Source: Escherichia phage PP01. Taken from it: a stretch of DNA of 64,000 nt. Position numbers and translations under genes: made by a program. The notes beneath the pieces were generated by a model, which was given only the letters and a program-made list of their open reading frames with translations, was not told the origin of the DNA and did no database searches. This document shows, in pieces, positions 48,443 through 59,196 of the stretch (the stretch's first letter is position 1; each line of letters opens with the position of its first letter). The stretch lies in the sequence record NC_054930.1. One strand, written 5' to 3'.

Positions 48443-48610
48443 CTATAGCAAAAGTTGTGTTTCATTTAATTGTTCTTCCGAACTTTCTGAAACTGGTAGT
48501 TCTTTAATGTAATTATAGCAAGGCCCAGGATGTACAGGACCTTTGTCTGTTTCAACAACCAATGCAGAATCGATTGGAGTTTTACAGACAACACAAATCT
48601 TATCTGACAT
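48443..48610 (-). CDS. Small Cys-containing protein (55 aa), below the ORF-track length cutoff
   Basis: ATG at 48608-48610, stop at 48443-48445; MSDKICVVCKTPIDSALVVETDKGPVHPGPCYNY has a CxxC ... PC zinc-ribbon-like arrangement. Confidence 0.4.
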   Translation of the reverse strand: MSDKICVVCKTPIDSALVVETDKGPVHPGPCYNYIKELPVSESSEEQLNETQLLL

Positions 48611-48733
48611 GATTGTCTCCTCTGAATTATATATCTATTTATAACCCCATCTTAAAACGCATTTCTTGTACACGCTTTAAACATGCTTCCATTTCTGCTA
48701 AAAGTCTAAATACTTCTTTATAATTTGTCATAT

Positions 48734-48961
48734 TTACCCCATATCTCTCATATGCATATCAATGCCCATATCTTTAGAATAAAAATATTCATCAAGATAT
48801 CCGGCAAATTTTCCTTTAATATAAAGGACATCTTCACCACACGGGTGGTCGGCCAGGATACGAATATCCTGACGCTTGAGATTATACTTTTTCATTAAGA
48901 ATTGAATTTCCGTTTCAAATTCTTCTTCATAATTAAAAGCATCATCAATGCTATATCTCAT
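48734..48961 (-). CDS. Hypothetical protein (uvsY.-2 position)
   Basis: 75 aa ORF whose start overlaps the uvsY stop. Confidence 0.6.
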   Translation of the reverse strand: MRYSIDDAFNYEEEFETEIQFLMKKYNLKRQDIRILADHPCGEDVLYIKGKFAGYLDEYFYSKDMGIDMHMRDMG

Positions 48962-49374
48962 TATTTTCCAGCCTCAAATGCTCGCATGTCTTGAATATGC
49001 TTAATAGCAAATCCACGTGATTTAATAGCATCAAGAGCTCCGCTACAGAAATCTAATAAAATCCCCCAATACTGTAACGAGGTATCAACCTTTAAAACAT
49101 CCTTATCAGCTGATAGAACTGTCTTCATTTCTGATTTCTCGTAACGATCCATACTAAATTCATCACCATCTCCTCGTCCCGAGTAGTAGTCTAATTTAGC
49201 TTTAAGAGCAACTTTTTTCTGTGCTTCAATTCTAAGCATTTCCTTTTTAATACTTGAATGCTTATTAAGCCATTTACTATATAACATCACATTATTAGCT
49301 GCTTCATATTGTAATTTAGTCGAATCTATAAACACATCTTTCTTCAATTCTTCTTGAAGATCTTCTAATTTCAT
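48961..49374 (-). CDS. uvsY: UvsY recombination mediator
   Basis: 137 aa as in T4. Confidence 0.93.
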   Translation of the reverse strand: MKLEDLQEELKKDVFIDSTKLQYEAANNVMLYSKWLNKHSSIKKEMLRIEAQKKVALKAKLDYYSGRGDGDEFSMDRYEKSEMKTVLSADKDVLKVDTSLQYWGILLDFCSGALDAIKSRGFAIKHIQDMRAFEAGK

Positions 49375-49440
49375 ACTGTTCTCTATTCAATTGTTATTGG
49401 ATGGACTTAGATTCATTATACCACGTTTATACGTGAAGCA

Positions 49441-49839
49441 TTATACTCTATTACTGGAAGCCAGTTGCAGTTTTATCTGCTCAATATCATCAGGGTTATC
49501 AATGACCGAAAAGCGTATTTCTACTATCAGAGTATAATCATCATAAACCGGTATTACATTAACTGCTAATTTATCAATACGTGGCTCATAGTTTCTTACT
49601 GCGCTTTCGATGTTACGCTCAACCGTATCAGCAGTAAGAGGAGTCATATTTTCAAAAAGCTGATCTGATAAATCACATCCAAATTCAGGGTCAAACGGTC
49701 TTGAACCTTTTCTTGTTGTAATAATTCCTAAAAGACTGTTTTTAATTGACCTTAATCCAAGCGATCTGGAAACGTCTTTGTTCCAATCCATTTTCATTTC
49801 CGGGTCAATGTCAGAATAAAGCTTATTAATATTTGCCAT
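49441..49839 (-). CDS. 25: gp25 baseplate wedge protein (lysozyme-fold)
   Basis: 132 aa as in T4. Confidence 0.93.
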   Translation of the reverse strand: MANINKLYSDIDPEMKMDWNKDVSRSLGLRSIKNSLLGIITTRKGSRPFDPEFGCDLSDQLFENMTPLTADTVERNIESAVRNYEPRIDKLAVNVIPVYDDYTLIVEIRFSVIDNPDDIEQIKLQLASSNRV

Positions 49840-50465
49840 TATAGTAACTCAAAGAACTCTTTGAGGCCTCTTATTACGTGAGCATGGGTTTTTCCACACT
49901 CTGGACACTTAATTGGAACAGCCAAATAAACGGTAGGTTTTAAAAGCATATCTTTTATAGCTACAATATCTGACTCTGTGATGATAGAATATAAATCTTC
50001 TAGTTCCTTTTCATTTAAGTCTTCAACTGGAATGCTTTCCCCGTTAGCATGAATCGTTTCTATGCATGATACTATCATGTGGGCTATATTTTTATCATCA
50101 AAAATTTTAGGGTATCGGAATTTAATTTTAATGTCACCCAGTGTATACCAGAGGTCTTCTGGTGCATCTATTTGTGTATGTAATAGATTTATATGGGTTG
50201 GTATTTCAGTTCCACAGGTGCACTTCCAGGAGTTTTCGTGATTAACTTCGCCGAGAGAATGTGCCCATAAATGAATCAACAATAGTTCTGATTCTTGGCG
50301 GTTTAAATCTTTTGCATTTGTGCAGTCTTTGATTAGCTTTTTAACAATTACTTCTACGGAACCATTATTTTTGGCAGTAATAAGTTCTAGATATTCTTTA
50401 AGCGTGAATGCGCGACAATTGATTATTTTAGAACCAACTCTCACATCAAATTTGTATTCATACAT
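49839..50465 (-). CDS. 26: gp26 baseplate hub protein
   Basis: 208 aa as in T4. Confidence 0.9.
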   Translation of the reverse strand: MYEYKFDVRVGSKIINCRAFTLKEYLELITAKNNGSVEVIVKKLIKDCTNAKDLNRQESELLLIHLWAHSLGEVNHENSWKCTCGTEIPTHINLLHTQIDAPEDLWYTLGDIKIKFRYPKIFDDKNIAHMIVSCIETIHANGESIPVEDLNEKELEDLYSIITESDIVAIKDMLLKPTVYLAVPIKCPECGKTHAHVIRGLKEFFELL

Positions 50466-50487
50466 ATTTTAGCTCCTTTATTTATCA

Positions 50488-50495
50488 TATTTATA
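50488..50495 (-). promoter_or_regulatory. Late promoter TATAAATA for genes 26-25 (divergent)
   Basis: Plus-strand tatttata, 23 nt upstream of the gene 26 ATG on the minus strand. Confidence 0.55.
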
Positions 50496-50499
50496 AATA
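50492..50499 (+). promoter_or_regulatory. Late promoter TATAAATA for gene 51
   Basis: Exact TATAAATA 18 nt upstream of the gene 51 ATG; overlaps the divergent minus-strand box. Confidence 0.55.
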
Positions 50500-50516
50500 G
50501 AATAAAAGGAGCATCT

Positions 50517-51266
50517 ATGGCAAACATTATTCGTTGTAAATTACCAGATGGTGTTCATCGTTTTAAACCATTTACGGTAGAAGATTATCGAGATTTTTTG
50601 TTAGTTCGAAACGATATAGAACATCGGTCACCACAAGAACAAAAAGAAATAATTACTGATTTAATTGATGATTATTTTGGAGACTATCCGAAGACTTGGC
50701 AACCATTTATATTTTTGCAGGTATTTGTAGGGTCAATAGGTAAAACTAAAGTACCGGTCACATTTGTATGTCCAAAATGTAAAAAAGAAAAGACAGTTCC
50801 ATTTGAAATATATCAAAAAGAATTAAAGGAACCTGTTTTTGATGTAGCTAATGTTAAAATTAAATTAAAGTTTCCTTCTGAGTTTTATGAAAATAAAGCA
50901 AAGATGATTACTGAAAATATTCATTCCGTCCAAGTAGATGAAATTTGGTATGATTGGAAGGAAATTAGCGAGTCCAGTCAAATAGAACTAGTTGACGCCA
51001 TCGAGATAGAAACATTAGAAAAAATTCTCGATGCAATGAATCCTATTAATTTAACTCTACATATGTCATGCTGTAATAAGTACATTAAAAAATACACTGA
51101 TATAGTAGACGTGTTTAAGCTATTAGTTAACCCAGATGAGATATTTACTTTTTATCAAATTAATCACACACTCGTAAAAAGTAATTATAGCTTAAATTCA
51201 ATAATGAAAATGATTCCTGCCGAGCGCGGATTCGTATTAAAACTGATTGAGAAGGATAAACAATAA
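50517..51266 (+). CDS. 51: gp51 baseplate hub assembly protein
   Basis: 249 aa as in T4. Confidence 0.9.
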   Translation: MANIIRCKLPDGVHRFKPFTVEDYRDFLLVRNDIEHRSPQEQKEIITDLIDDYFGDYPKTWQPFIFLQVFVGSIGKTKVPVTFVCPKCKKEKTVPFEIYQKELKEPVFDVANVKIKLKFPSEFYENKAKMITENIHSVQVDEIWYDWKEISESSQIELVDAIEIETLEKILDAMNPINLTLHMSCCNKYIKKYTDIVDVFKLLVNPDEIFTFYQINHTLVKSNYSLNSIMKMIPAERGFVLKLIEKDKQ

Positions 51267-52441
51267 TGAGTATGTTGCAACGCCCCGGATATCCAAATCT
51301 CAGCGTTAAATTATTTGATAGCTACGACGCTTGGAGTAATAATAGATTTGTTGAATTAGCTGCTACTATTACCACATTAACTATGCGGGATTCTCTTTAT
51401 GGCCGAAATGAAGGAATGCTGCAGTTTTATGATTCTAAAAACATCCATACAAAAATGGATGGAAATGAAATAATTCAGATTTCTGTAGCTAATGCAAACG
51501 ATATTAATAATGTTAAAACAAGAGTTTATGGATGTAAGCATTTTTCCGTGTCAGTAGATTCAAAGGGTGATAACATCATTGCTATTGAATTGGGAACTAT
51601 TCATTCTATAGAAAATCTTAAATTTGGTAGACCGTTTTTCCCTGATGCAGGTGAATCTATAAAGGAAATGCTTGGCGTCATTTATCAAGATCGCACATTA
51701 TTAACTCCAGCAATAAATGCTATAAATGCTTATGTTCCTGATATTCCGTGGACTAGCACATTTGAAAACTATTTGTCATATGTCAGAGAAGTTGCTCTAG
51801 CTGTAGGAAGTGACAAATTTGTATTTGTATGGCAAGACATCATGGGAGTTAACATGATGGACTATGATATGATGATAAATCAAGAACCGTATCCAATGAT
51901 TGTCGGTGAGCCATCTTTAATAGGTCAATTCATCCAAGAATTAAAATATCCATTGGCATATGATTTCGTTTGGTTGACTAAATCGAATCCTCACAAACGT
52001 GACCCAATGAAAAATGCTACTATCTATGCGCATTCATTTTTAGATTCTTCAATACCAATGATTACTACAGGAAAGGGTGAAAACTCTATTGTAGTGTCAA
52101 GGTCAGGTGCTTATTCTGAAATGACTTATAGGAATGGATATGAAGAAGCTATTCGTCTTCAAACTATGGCACAATATGACGGCTATGCTAAATGTTCTAC
52201 TGTCGGTAATTTTAACTTGACTCCTGGTGTTAAAATTATTTTTAATGATAGTAAAAACCAATTTAAAACAGAATTTTACGTTGATGAAGTTATTCATGAA
52301 TTATCCAATAATAATTCAGTAACTCATCTATATATGTTCACTAATGCAACGAAACTGGAAACAATAGACCCAGTTAAGGTTAAAAATGAATTTAAATCTG
52401 ATACTACCACTGAAGAAAGTAGTTCTTCCAATAAGCAATAA
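51266..52441 (+). CDS. 27: gp27 baseplate hub protein
   Basis: 391 aa as in T4. Confidence 0.95.
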   Translation: MSMLQRPGYPNLSVKLFDSYDAWSNNRFVELAATITTLTMRDSLYGRNEGMLQFYDSKNIHTKMDGNEIIQISVANANDINNVKTRVYGCKHFSVSVDSKGDNIIAIELGTIHSIENLKFGRPFFPDAGESIKEMLGVIYQDRTLLTPAINAINAYVPDIPWTSTFENYLSYVREVALAVGSDKFVFVWQDIMGVNMMDYDMMINQEPYPMIVGEPSLIGQFIQELKYPLAYDFVWLTKSNPHKRDPMKNATIYAHSFLDSSIPMITTGKGENSIVVSRSGAYSEMTYRNGYEEAIRLQTMAQYDGYAKCSTVGNFNLTPGVKIIFNDSKNQFKTEFYVDEVIHELSNNNSVTHLYMFTNATKLETIDPVKVKNEFKSDTTTEESSSSNKQ

Positions 52442-52919
52442 AGAAGTTTCTATTCCTAAAATGGGTCTTAAACACTATAACATTTTAAAAGATGTTAAAG
52501 GACCTGATGAAAATTTAAAACTTCTTATTGATTCTATTTGTCCGAATTTATCACCGGCAGAAGTTGATTTCGTTTCTATTCATTTATTGGAATTTAATGG
52601 AAAGATTAAATCTCGTAAAGAAATAGATGGCTATACTTATGACATTAATGATGTTTATGTGTGCCAAAGATTAGAATTTCAATACCAAGGAAATACATTT
52701 TATTTTAGACCTCCTGGAAAATTTGAACAATTTTTAACGGTGAGCGATATGTTATCCAAGTGCTTGCTTAAGGTCAATAATGAAGTTAAAGAAATTAATT
52801 TTCTTGAGATGCCAGCATTCGTTTTAAAATGGGCAAATGACATTTTTACAACTTTAGCAATTCCTGGCCCTAATGGTCCAATAACCGGAATTGGCAATAT
52901 TATTGGATTATTTGAATGA
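52386..52919 (+). CDS. 28: gp28 baseplate hub distal protein
   Basis: 177 aa as in T4; overlaps the 3' end of gene 27. Confidence 0.85.
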   Translation: MNLNLILPLKKVVLPISNKEVSIPKMGLKHYNILKDVKGPDENLKLLIDSICPNLSPAEVDFVSIHLLEFNGKIKSRKEIDGYTYDINDVYVCQRLEFQYQGNTFYFRPPGKFEQFLTVSDMLSKCLLKVNNEVKEINFLEMPAFVLKWANDIFTTLAIPGPNGPITGIGNIIGLFE

Positions 52920-54688
52920 AAAAGCCACAAGAAATGCAAACGATGCGTAGAAAAGTTATTTCAGATAATAAACCAACACAGGAAGCGGCTAAATCCGCTT
53001 CCAATACTTTATCTGGACTTAACGATATATCTACGAAATTGGATGATGCTCAAGCTGCTTCTGAATTAATTGCTCAAACTGTCGAAGAAAAATCGAATGA
53101 AATAATTGGAGCAATTGACAATGTAGAAAGCGCAGTGAGTGATACTACTGCTGGTTCTGAGTTAATTGCTGAAACTGTTGAAATTGGCAACAATATTAAT
53201 AAAGAAATCGGTGAATCGCTCGGGAGTAAATTAGATAAATTAACGAGTTTATTAGAGCAAAAAATTCAGACAGCTGGAATTCAACAAACAGGAACCAGTT
53301 TAGCCACTGTTGAAAGCGCTATTCCTGTTAAAGTTGTTGAGGATGATACAGCTGAATCTGTGGGTCCTTTATTACCGGCTCCTGAAGCAGTTAATAATGA
53401 TCCTGACGCTGATTTTTTCCCTACCCCTCAGCCAGTTGAACCTAAACAAGAATCACCAGAAGAAAAACAGAAAAAAGACGCATTTAACTTAAAATTATCT
53501 CAAGCTTTAGATAAATTAACAAAGACTGTTGATTTTGGATTTAAGAAATCCATTTCAATTACTGATAAAATATCAAGCATGTTATTTAAGTATACCGTCA
53601 GTGCTGCTATTGAAGCCGCTAAAATGACTGCAATGATATTGGCTGTTGTTGTTGGAATAGACCTGTTGATGGTTCATTTCAAATATTGGTCAGATAAATT
53701 TTCGCAGGCTTGGGATTTGTTTAGTACAGACTTTACTAAATTCTCTAGCGAAACCGGAACATGGGGTCCTTTATTACAGAGCATCTTTAGTTCTATTGAT
53801 GAAATTAAAAAATTCTGGGAAGCGGGAGATTGGGGCGGTTTGACAGTAGCTATTGTAGAAGGACTTGGAAAGGTTCTTTATAATTTAGGTGAACTTATTC
53901 AACTTGGAATGGCTAAATTATCTGCTGCAATTCTTCGAGTCATTCCTGGAATGAAGGATACTGCTGATGAAGTAGAAGGAAGAGCACTAGAAAATTTCCA
54001 AAATTCTACTGGAGCATCTCTCAATAAAGAAGACCAGGAAAAAGTTGCAAATTATCAAGATAAACGAATGAATGGAGACCTCGGTCCAATAGCAGAAGGA
54101 CTAGATAAAATTGCGAACTGGAAAACTCGTGCATCTAACTGGATTCGTGGTGTTGATAATAAAGAAGCACTAACTACCGACGAAGAACGTGCAGCGGAAG
54201 AAGAAAAATTAAAGCAACTTTCGCCGGAAGAAAGAAAAAATGCTTTAATGAAGGCTAATGAAGCTCGTGCCGCGATGATTCGCTTTGAAAAATATGCTGA
54301 TTCAGCTGATATGAGTAAAGACTCAACGGTTAAATCAGTTGAAGCTGCCTATGAAGACCTTAAAAAACGGATGGATGACCCGGATTTAAATAATTCACCG
54401 GCAGTTAAAAAAGAACTTGCTGCTAGATTTTCTAAAATTGATGCTACTTATCAAGAACTCAAGAAAAATCAGCCTAATGCCAAACCTGAAACTTCTGCTA
54501 AATCGCCAGAAGCAAAACAAGTCCAGGTTATTGAAAAGAACAAAGCACAACAAGCTCCTGTTCAACAAGCATCTCCTTCAATCAATAATACTAATAATGT
54601 TATTAAGAAAAATACTGTCGTTCATAATATGACACCCGTAACGAGCACGACTGCTCCTGGTGTATTTGATGCGACTGGAGTTAATTAA
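52916..54688 (+). CDS. 29: gp29 tail tape-measure / baseplate hub protein
   Basis: 590 aa as in T4. Confidence 0.93.
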   Translation: MKKPQEMQTMRRKVISDNKPTQEAAKSASNTLSGLNDISTKLDDAQAASELIAQTVEEKSNEIIGAIDNVESAVSDTTAGSELIAETVEIGNNINKEIGESLGSKLDKLTSLLEQKIQTAGIQQTGTSLATVESAIPVKVVEDDTAESVGPLLPAPEAVNNDPDADFFPTPQPVEPKQESPEEKQKKDAFNLKLSQALDKLTKTVDFGFKKSISITDKISSMLFKYTVSAAIEAAKMTAMILAVVVGIDLLMVHFKYWSDKFSQAWDLFSTDFTKFSSETGTWGPLLQSIFSSIDEIKKFWEAGDWGGLTVAIVEGLGKVLYNLGELIQLGMAKLSAAILRVIPGMKDTADEVEGRALENFQNSTGASLNKEDQEKVANYQDKRMNGDLGPIAEGLDKIANWKTRASNWIRGVDNKEALTTDEERAAEEEKLKQLSPEERKNALMKANEARAAMIRFEKYADSADMSKDSTVKSVEAAYEDLKKRMDDPDLNNSPAVKKELAARFSKIDATYQELKKNQPNAKPETSAKSPEAKQVQVIEKNKAQQAPVQQASPSINNTNNVIKKNTVVHNMTPVTSTTAPGVFDATGVN

Positions 54689-54696
54689 GGAATAAT

Positions 54697-55791
54697 ATGG
54701 CAATTGTTAAAGAAATAACTGCTGATTTAATTAAAAAGTCCGGTGAGAAAATTTCAGCCGGACAGAGTACTAAATCAGAAGTAGGAACTAAAACATACAC
54801 AGCCCAGTTTCCAACTGGGCGTGCTAGTGGTAATGACACTACAGGGGACTTCCAGGTAACAGATCTATATAAGAATGGATTATTATTTACTGCATACAAT
54901 ATGTCATCTAGGGATTCTGGAAGTCTTAGATCGATGAGATCTAACTACTCTTCTTCATCTTCGAGTATTTTACGTACAGCCAGAAACACTATCAGTAATA
55001 CAGTATCAAAACTGTCAAATGGATTAATATCAGATAATAATTCAGGAACAATAAGTAAAGCCCCTGTTGCAAATATTCTTTTACCAAGATCTAAATCTGA
55101 TGTTGATACATCATCACATAGATTTAATGATGTTCAAGAAAGTCTTATCAGCAGAGGCGGAGGTACTGCTACTGGTGTGCTAAGTAATATTGCTTCAACT
55201 GCAGTATTTGGAGCACTGGAAAGTATAACACAAGGTATAATGGCTGATAATAATGAACAGATTTATACGACAGCCAGAAGTATGTATGGCGGCGCTGAGA
55301 ATAGAACTAAAGTGTTTACATGGGATTTGACTCCACGTTCAACAGAAGATTTAATGGCTATTATTAATATCTATCAATATTTTAACTATTTTTCTTATGG
55401 TGAAACGGGTAAATCTCAATACGCTGCTGAAATAAAGGGGTATTTAGATGATTGGTATCGTTCTACGTTAATTGAACCTTTATCTCCGGAAGACGCAGCT
55501 AAAAATAAAACACTATTTGAGAAAATGACATCGAGTTTAACTAACGTCCTAGTAGTTTCAAACCCGACAATTTGGATGGTGAAAAACTTTGGTGCAACAT
55601 CTAAGTTTGATGGAAAAACGGAAATATTTGGCCCATGCCAAATACAGAGCATCAGATTTGATAAAACACCTAATGGTAACTTTAACGGATTAGCTATTGC
55701 TCCAAACCTCCCTAGTACATTTACTCTTGAGATTACTATGAGAGAAATTATCACGTTAAACCGTGCTTCTTTATATGCGGGGACTTTTTAA
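54697..55791 (+). CDS. 48: gp48 baseplate / tail tube junction protein
   Basis: 364 aa as in T4. Confidence 0.93.
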   Translation: MAIVKEITADLIKKSGEKISAGQSTKSEVGTKTYTAQFPTGRASGNDTTGDFQVTDLYKNGLLFTAYNMSSRDSGSLRSMRSNYSSSSSSILRTARNTISNTVSKLSNGLISDNNSGTISKAPVANILLPRSKSDVDTSSHRFNDVQESLISRGGGTATGVLSNIASTAVFGALESITQGIMADNNEQIYTTARSMYGGAENRTKVFTWDLTPRSTEDLMAIINIYQYFNYFSYGETGKSQYAAEIKGYLDDWYRSTLIEPLSPEDAAKNKTLFEKMTSSLTNVLVVSNPTIWMVKNFGATSKFDGKTEIFGPCQIQSIRFDKTPNGNFNGLAIAPNLPSTFTLEITMREIITLNRASLYAGTF

Positions 55792-56756
55792 TGTATTCTT
55801 TAGAGGAATTTAATAATCAAGCAATAAACGCAGATTTCCAACGTAATAATATGTTTAGCTGCGTTTTTGCGACAACTCCATCAACTAAAAGCTCTTCGTT
55901 GATAAGTTCAATTAGCAACTTTTCTTATAATAACTTGGGTCTAAATTCAGATTGGTTAGGATTGACTCAAGGCGATATTAATCAGGGAATTACCACGCTA
56001 ATTACAGCTGGCACACAAAAACTGATAAGAAAATCAGGGGTTAGTAAATATCTTATTGGTGCCATGAGTCAACGTACAGTTCAAAGTTTATTAGGCTCAT
56101 TTACAGTTGGTACATATTTAATTGACTTCTTTAACATGGCATATAACTCATCTGGATTGATGATATACTCCGTAAAAATGCCAGAGAATAGATTATCCTA
56201 TGAAACTGACTGGAACTATAATTCTCCTAATATTCGTATAACTGGGAGAGAATTAGACCCTTTGGTTATTTCATTTAGGATGGATTCAGAAGCATGTAAC
56301 TATCGTGCAATGCAAGACTGGGTTAACGCTGTTCAAGACCCAGTAACTGGACTGCGTGCTTTGCCACAAGATGTCGAGGCAGACATTCAAGTTAATCTTC
56401 ATGCTCGTAATGGATTACCTCATACTGCTGTGATGTTCACCGGATGCATTCCAGTGTCAGTGAGCGCTCCTGAGTTATCATATGATGGAGATAATCAAAT
56501 AACTACATTTGATGTTACTTTTGCGTATAGAGTCATGCAGGCTGGAGCAGTTGATAGACAAGCTGCGCTTGAATGGCTTGAATCTGCTGCTATAAATGGC
56601 ATTCAAAGCGTTCTCGGAAATAGTGGAGGTGTTACTGGACTATCTAATTCGCTTTCACGACTTAGTAGATTAGGAGGAACTGCAGGAAGCATTTCAAACA
56701 TTAATACTATGACGGGAATTGTCAACTCGCAAAGTAAAATATTAGGAGCAATATAA
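55791..56756 (+). CDS. 54: gp54 baseplate / tail tube initiator protein
   Basis: 321 aa (T4 320). Confidence 0.93.
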   Translation: MYSLEEFNNQAINADFQRNNMFSCVFATTPSTKSSSLISSISNFSYNNLGLNSDWLGLTQGDINQGITTLITAGTQKLIRKSGVSKYLIGAMSQRTVQSLLGSFTVGTYLIDFFNMAYNSSGLMIYSVKMPENRLSYETDWNYNSPNIRITGRELDPLVISFRMDSEACNYRAMQDWVNAVQDPVTGLRALPQDVEADIQVNLHARNGLPHTAVMFTGCIPVSVSAPELSYDGDNQITTFDVTFAYRVMQAGAVDRQAALEWLESAAINGIQSVLGNSGGVTGLSNSLSRLSRLGGTAGSISNINTMTGIVNSQSKILGAI

Positions 56757-56760
56757 CAAT

Positions 56761-56790
56761 GGGGACCTTTCGGTCCCCGTGTTTTTATTT
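56761..56790 (+). terminator. Rho-independent terminator after gene 54
   Basis: ggggacctttcggtcccc hairpin followed by gtgtttttattt. Confidence 0.7.
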
Positions 56791-57075
56791 ACGGAATGAA
56801 ATAAAAGCAGCAACTGAAGCAACTAAACTGTCTTCAATATAAACTTCAATTTTTACCGGAGCTTCTGACTCAAATTTACCTGTTACTACACCTTGGAAAA
56901 TGCTTTCAGTCTGCTCTGGCTTTGAAAAATTTTCAGAAGGAAAAATTCCGAACTTTTTATCTGTTCCAAAAATTTTGATAAATTCATCATAAACTGCTTC
57001 ATTAAAAGCGTTATCAGCAGGAATAACGCCTTCAACTACGAGTTCTTGACCTAAAAAGCGCAAAGAAGATTTCAT
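56785..57075 (-). CDS. Hypothetical protein downstream of the alt pair
   Basis: 96 aa ORF, last gene of the minus-strand alt transcription unit. Confidence 0.5.
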   Translation of the reverse strand: MKSSLRFLGQELVVEGVIPADNAFNEAVYDEFIKIFGTDKKFGIFPSENFSKPEQTESIFQGVVTGKFESEAPVKIEVYIEDSLVASVAAFISFRK

Positions 57076-57135
57076 TTTGTGTTCCTCATGTTATGTCAGT
57101 AAGATTATTATAACACAACACGAGGGACTTGTAAA

Positions 57136-59193
57136 CTACATTTTGAACTTTTTAGACATTCCGTTGATGTTAACCAAAGAAGCCAAGATTTGAGAAACTT
57201 CATTTTCCTCTTCTTTTGATTCTTCTACAAGGAATTGATTAAATCCAGCCATTGGACGAACTTCACCAGTTTCCATTAGATGGTCGCCATCATATACCGA
57301 TTCTTTTAATTGTTCAGAAGGAGGAACGATTGTGCCTTCGATTAAATACTTATTATAAGCAGTTTCTTTCATCATGTACGTACTCACTTTATTAATCTTC
57401 AGCAAAATTCCACGCGGTAAAATAACTTCAGCTTCTGACGGAAATCCTGATAAATGCCCTGGAACGATAACTTTGATTCGCTCAGCTCCTTTAATTACCA
57501 TACCCACGCTAGTTTCAGCATCTTCATTCGCATAAGCAGAATGACTGCCCATATGCATTAAATCTTCAGCATCAACGGAACCTTCTCCTTCACCAGAAAA
57601 TACTGCACCGGAATCATCTAGAGCCATATAGTTTTTACCATACTCACCGAAGATATTTGGTTTAAGCGATGTGGATACGAAGTTCTTGAAATAGAACATT
57701 TTATTTTCAATATTATGACGTAAAGTTTTAAAGGTAACTTCTTGTCCACGGTAAAGTGTAGTTCCTGGAGGAAGAACTGATCCTTTGGCAAAGGCAGAAT
57801 CCATTGTCTCGATGTGTTTAATAGCTCGTTCCATGTATTCTTCACGTGTAGAATCCGGTTTACCTAAAAGGAACGAGTTCATTTCAACATATGAATCTGC
57901 ACAATAATCTTCAATTACATCAGACTCAGCCTGAGTTAATCCTTTTGGAGTTACTTCAGTACTTGCATATTCATACGCTTGAGAAGCAGACTCATTAATC
58001 AATTTATAAACGCCATTCATGACAAATTGAATAATAGCTACCTTTTCATCTGGCGTGGCTTTAGAACCTTTAACTAAATCATTGACGATTTTCTTAATAA
58101 CATCAAAGCTATTAGAAATATTAATGTCAGCAAGATCGCTTAAAATTTTATCAGTTTTATAATCAAAAAATTCTTTATTCTTTAAATATTCTTGAGAACC
58201 TTGATATGTTATATCGCTCTGTAACTTGATAGATGGATCACGTAAACGTGCATGAGCCAATGCAATATGATTTCGGAAGCTTTCTAGTTCATAATCACTA
58301 GATTTAAAACGAGAAGCACTTCTCATACCACCGATAGCTCCTTTGCTGAAGTTTGAACCAACCTGAATAACGCCGGAGTTCATTGGTCCTTCTGCTTTAT
58401 ATACCGGAACTTTAGATTCAAACTCTTGGTATTTCTTAGCAGCGAAGCTATCACCCTGAAGTGAAGCATCGACGGTAGAGTATTGAGCTTGTGCTGCTAA
58501 TCGACGACTAATTTTAGTTTTCTGAATAACAGCTTGATCCGTGCGCTTATCATTTTCTAAAGCAATAGAAGCGGCAACAGCGACAGCTTTAGGAACAGCA
58601 TTACCTGTTTTAACATCTACATAAACATCACCAACCTTTGATTCAACTTTTGTGAATAACTCAGTTGAAATAGGAGGTACACCTGGAATGTCTTCTAAAT
58701 TGGCATTTTTACGGTAAACCATAATATATGCATATTTCTTATCATAGTCCCAGATTTCCTTTAAAAGAACATATCGACCTGCTCCTTTAGTACGTACTAA
58801 ACGGTCGGCAATAACTTGCATTTGACGAGCTGCGCCATTTGTTTTACTCTTTAGTACGCGGAATAAGCATGCGTCAATTTTGTACTGTTTCATTGTCTGA
58901 AGAGCAGTATCAAAAACCGCATTAATGACACCAATTGGATTTCCACCCAAGTTTTTAAGTTTAACTAATGATAGTTTCTCATTAACACCTATCATTACGA
59001 TATGCATCATTTTATCGCCTGGCTTAACGTTTTTATTCGTATCACCGCCAGAGGTGTATGTACAAAATCTAAATCCAGGAAGCACGCTTTCTTCGCCTGC
59101 TTGAATAGCAAAAATTTGAGGTATTTTATGCTTAGGATTTAAGTTAACAACCGGCGCCGAAGCGCCGTCAAATAATTCTGTAATAAGTTCCAT
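57136..59193 (-). CDS. Alt-like ADP-ribosyltransferase, second tandem paralogue (685 aa)
   Basis: N-terminus MELITELFDGASAPVVNLNPKHKIPQIFAIQ parallels the upstream paralogue; C-terminal ART signature: Arg (LYRGQ), STS motif (FVSTSL), Glu-rich catalytic region (EAEVILPRG). Confidence 0.8.
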   Translation of the reverse strand: MELITELFDGASAPVVNLNPKHKIPQIFAIQAGEESVLPGFRFCTYTSGGDTNKNVKPGDKMMHIVMIGVNEKLSLVKLKNLGGNPIGVINAVFDTALQTMKQYKIDACLFRVLKSKTNGAARQMQVIADRLVRTKGAGRYVLLKEIWDYDKKYAYIMVYRKNANLEDIPGVPPISTELFTKVESKVGDVYVDVKTGNAVPKAVAVAASIALENDKRTDQAVIQKTKISRRLAAQAQYSTVDASLQGDSFAAKKYQEFESKVPVYKAEGPMNSGVIQVGSNFSKGAIGGMRSASRFKSSDYELESFRNHIALAHARLRDPSIKLQSDITYQGSQEYLKNKEFFDYKTDKILSDLADINISNSFDVIKKIVNDLVKGSKATPDEKVAIIQFVMNGVYKLINESASQAYEYASTEVTPKGLTQAESDVIEDYCADSYVEMNSFLLGKPDSTREEYMERAIKHIETMDSAFAKGSVLPPGTTLYRGQEVTFKTLRHNIENKMFYFKNFVSTSLKPNIFGEYGKNYMALDDSGAVFSGEGEGSVDAEDLMHMGSHSAYANEDAETSVGMVIKGAERIKVIVPGHLSGFPSEAEVILPRGILLKINKVSTYMMKETAYNKYLIEGTIVPPSEQLKESVYDGDHLMETGEVRPMAGFNQFLVEESKEEENEVSQILASLVNINGMSKKFKM

Positions 59194-59196
59194 GAT

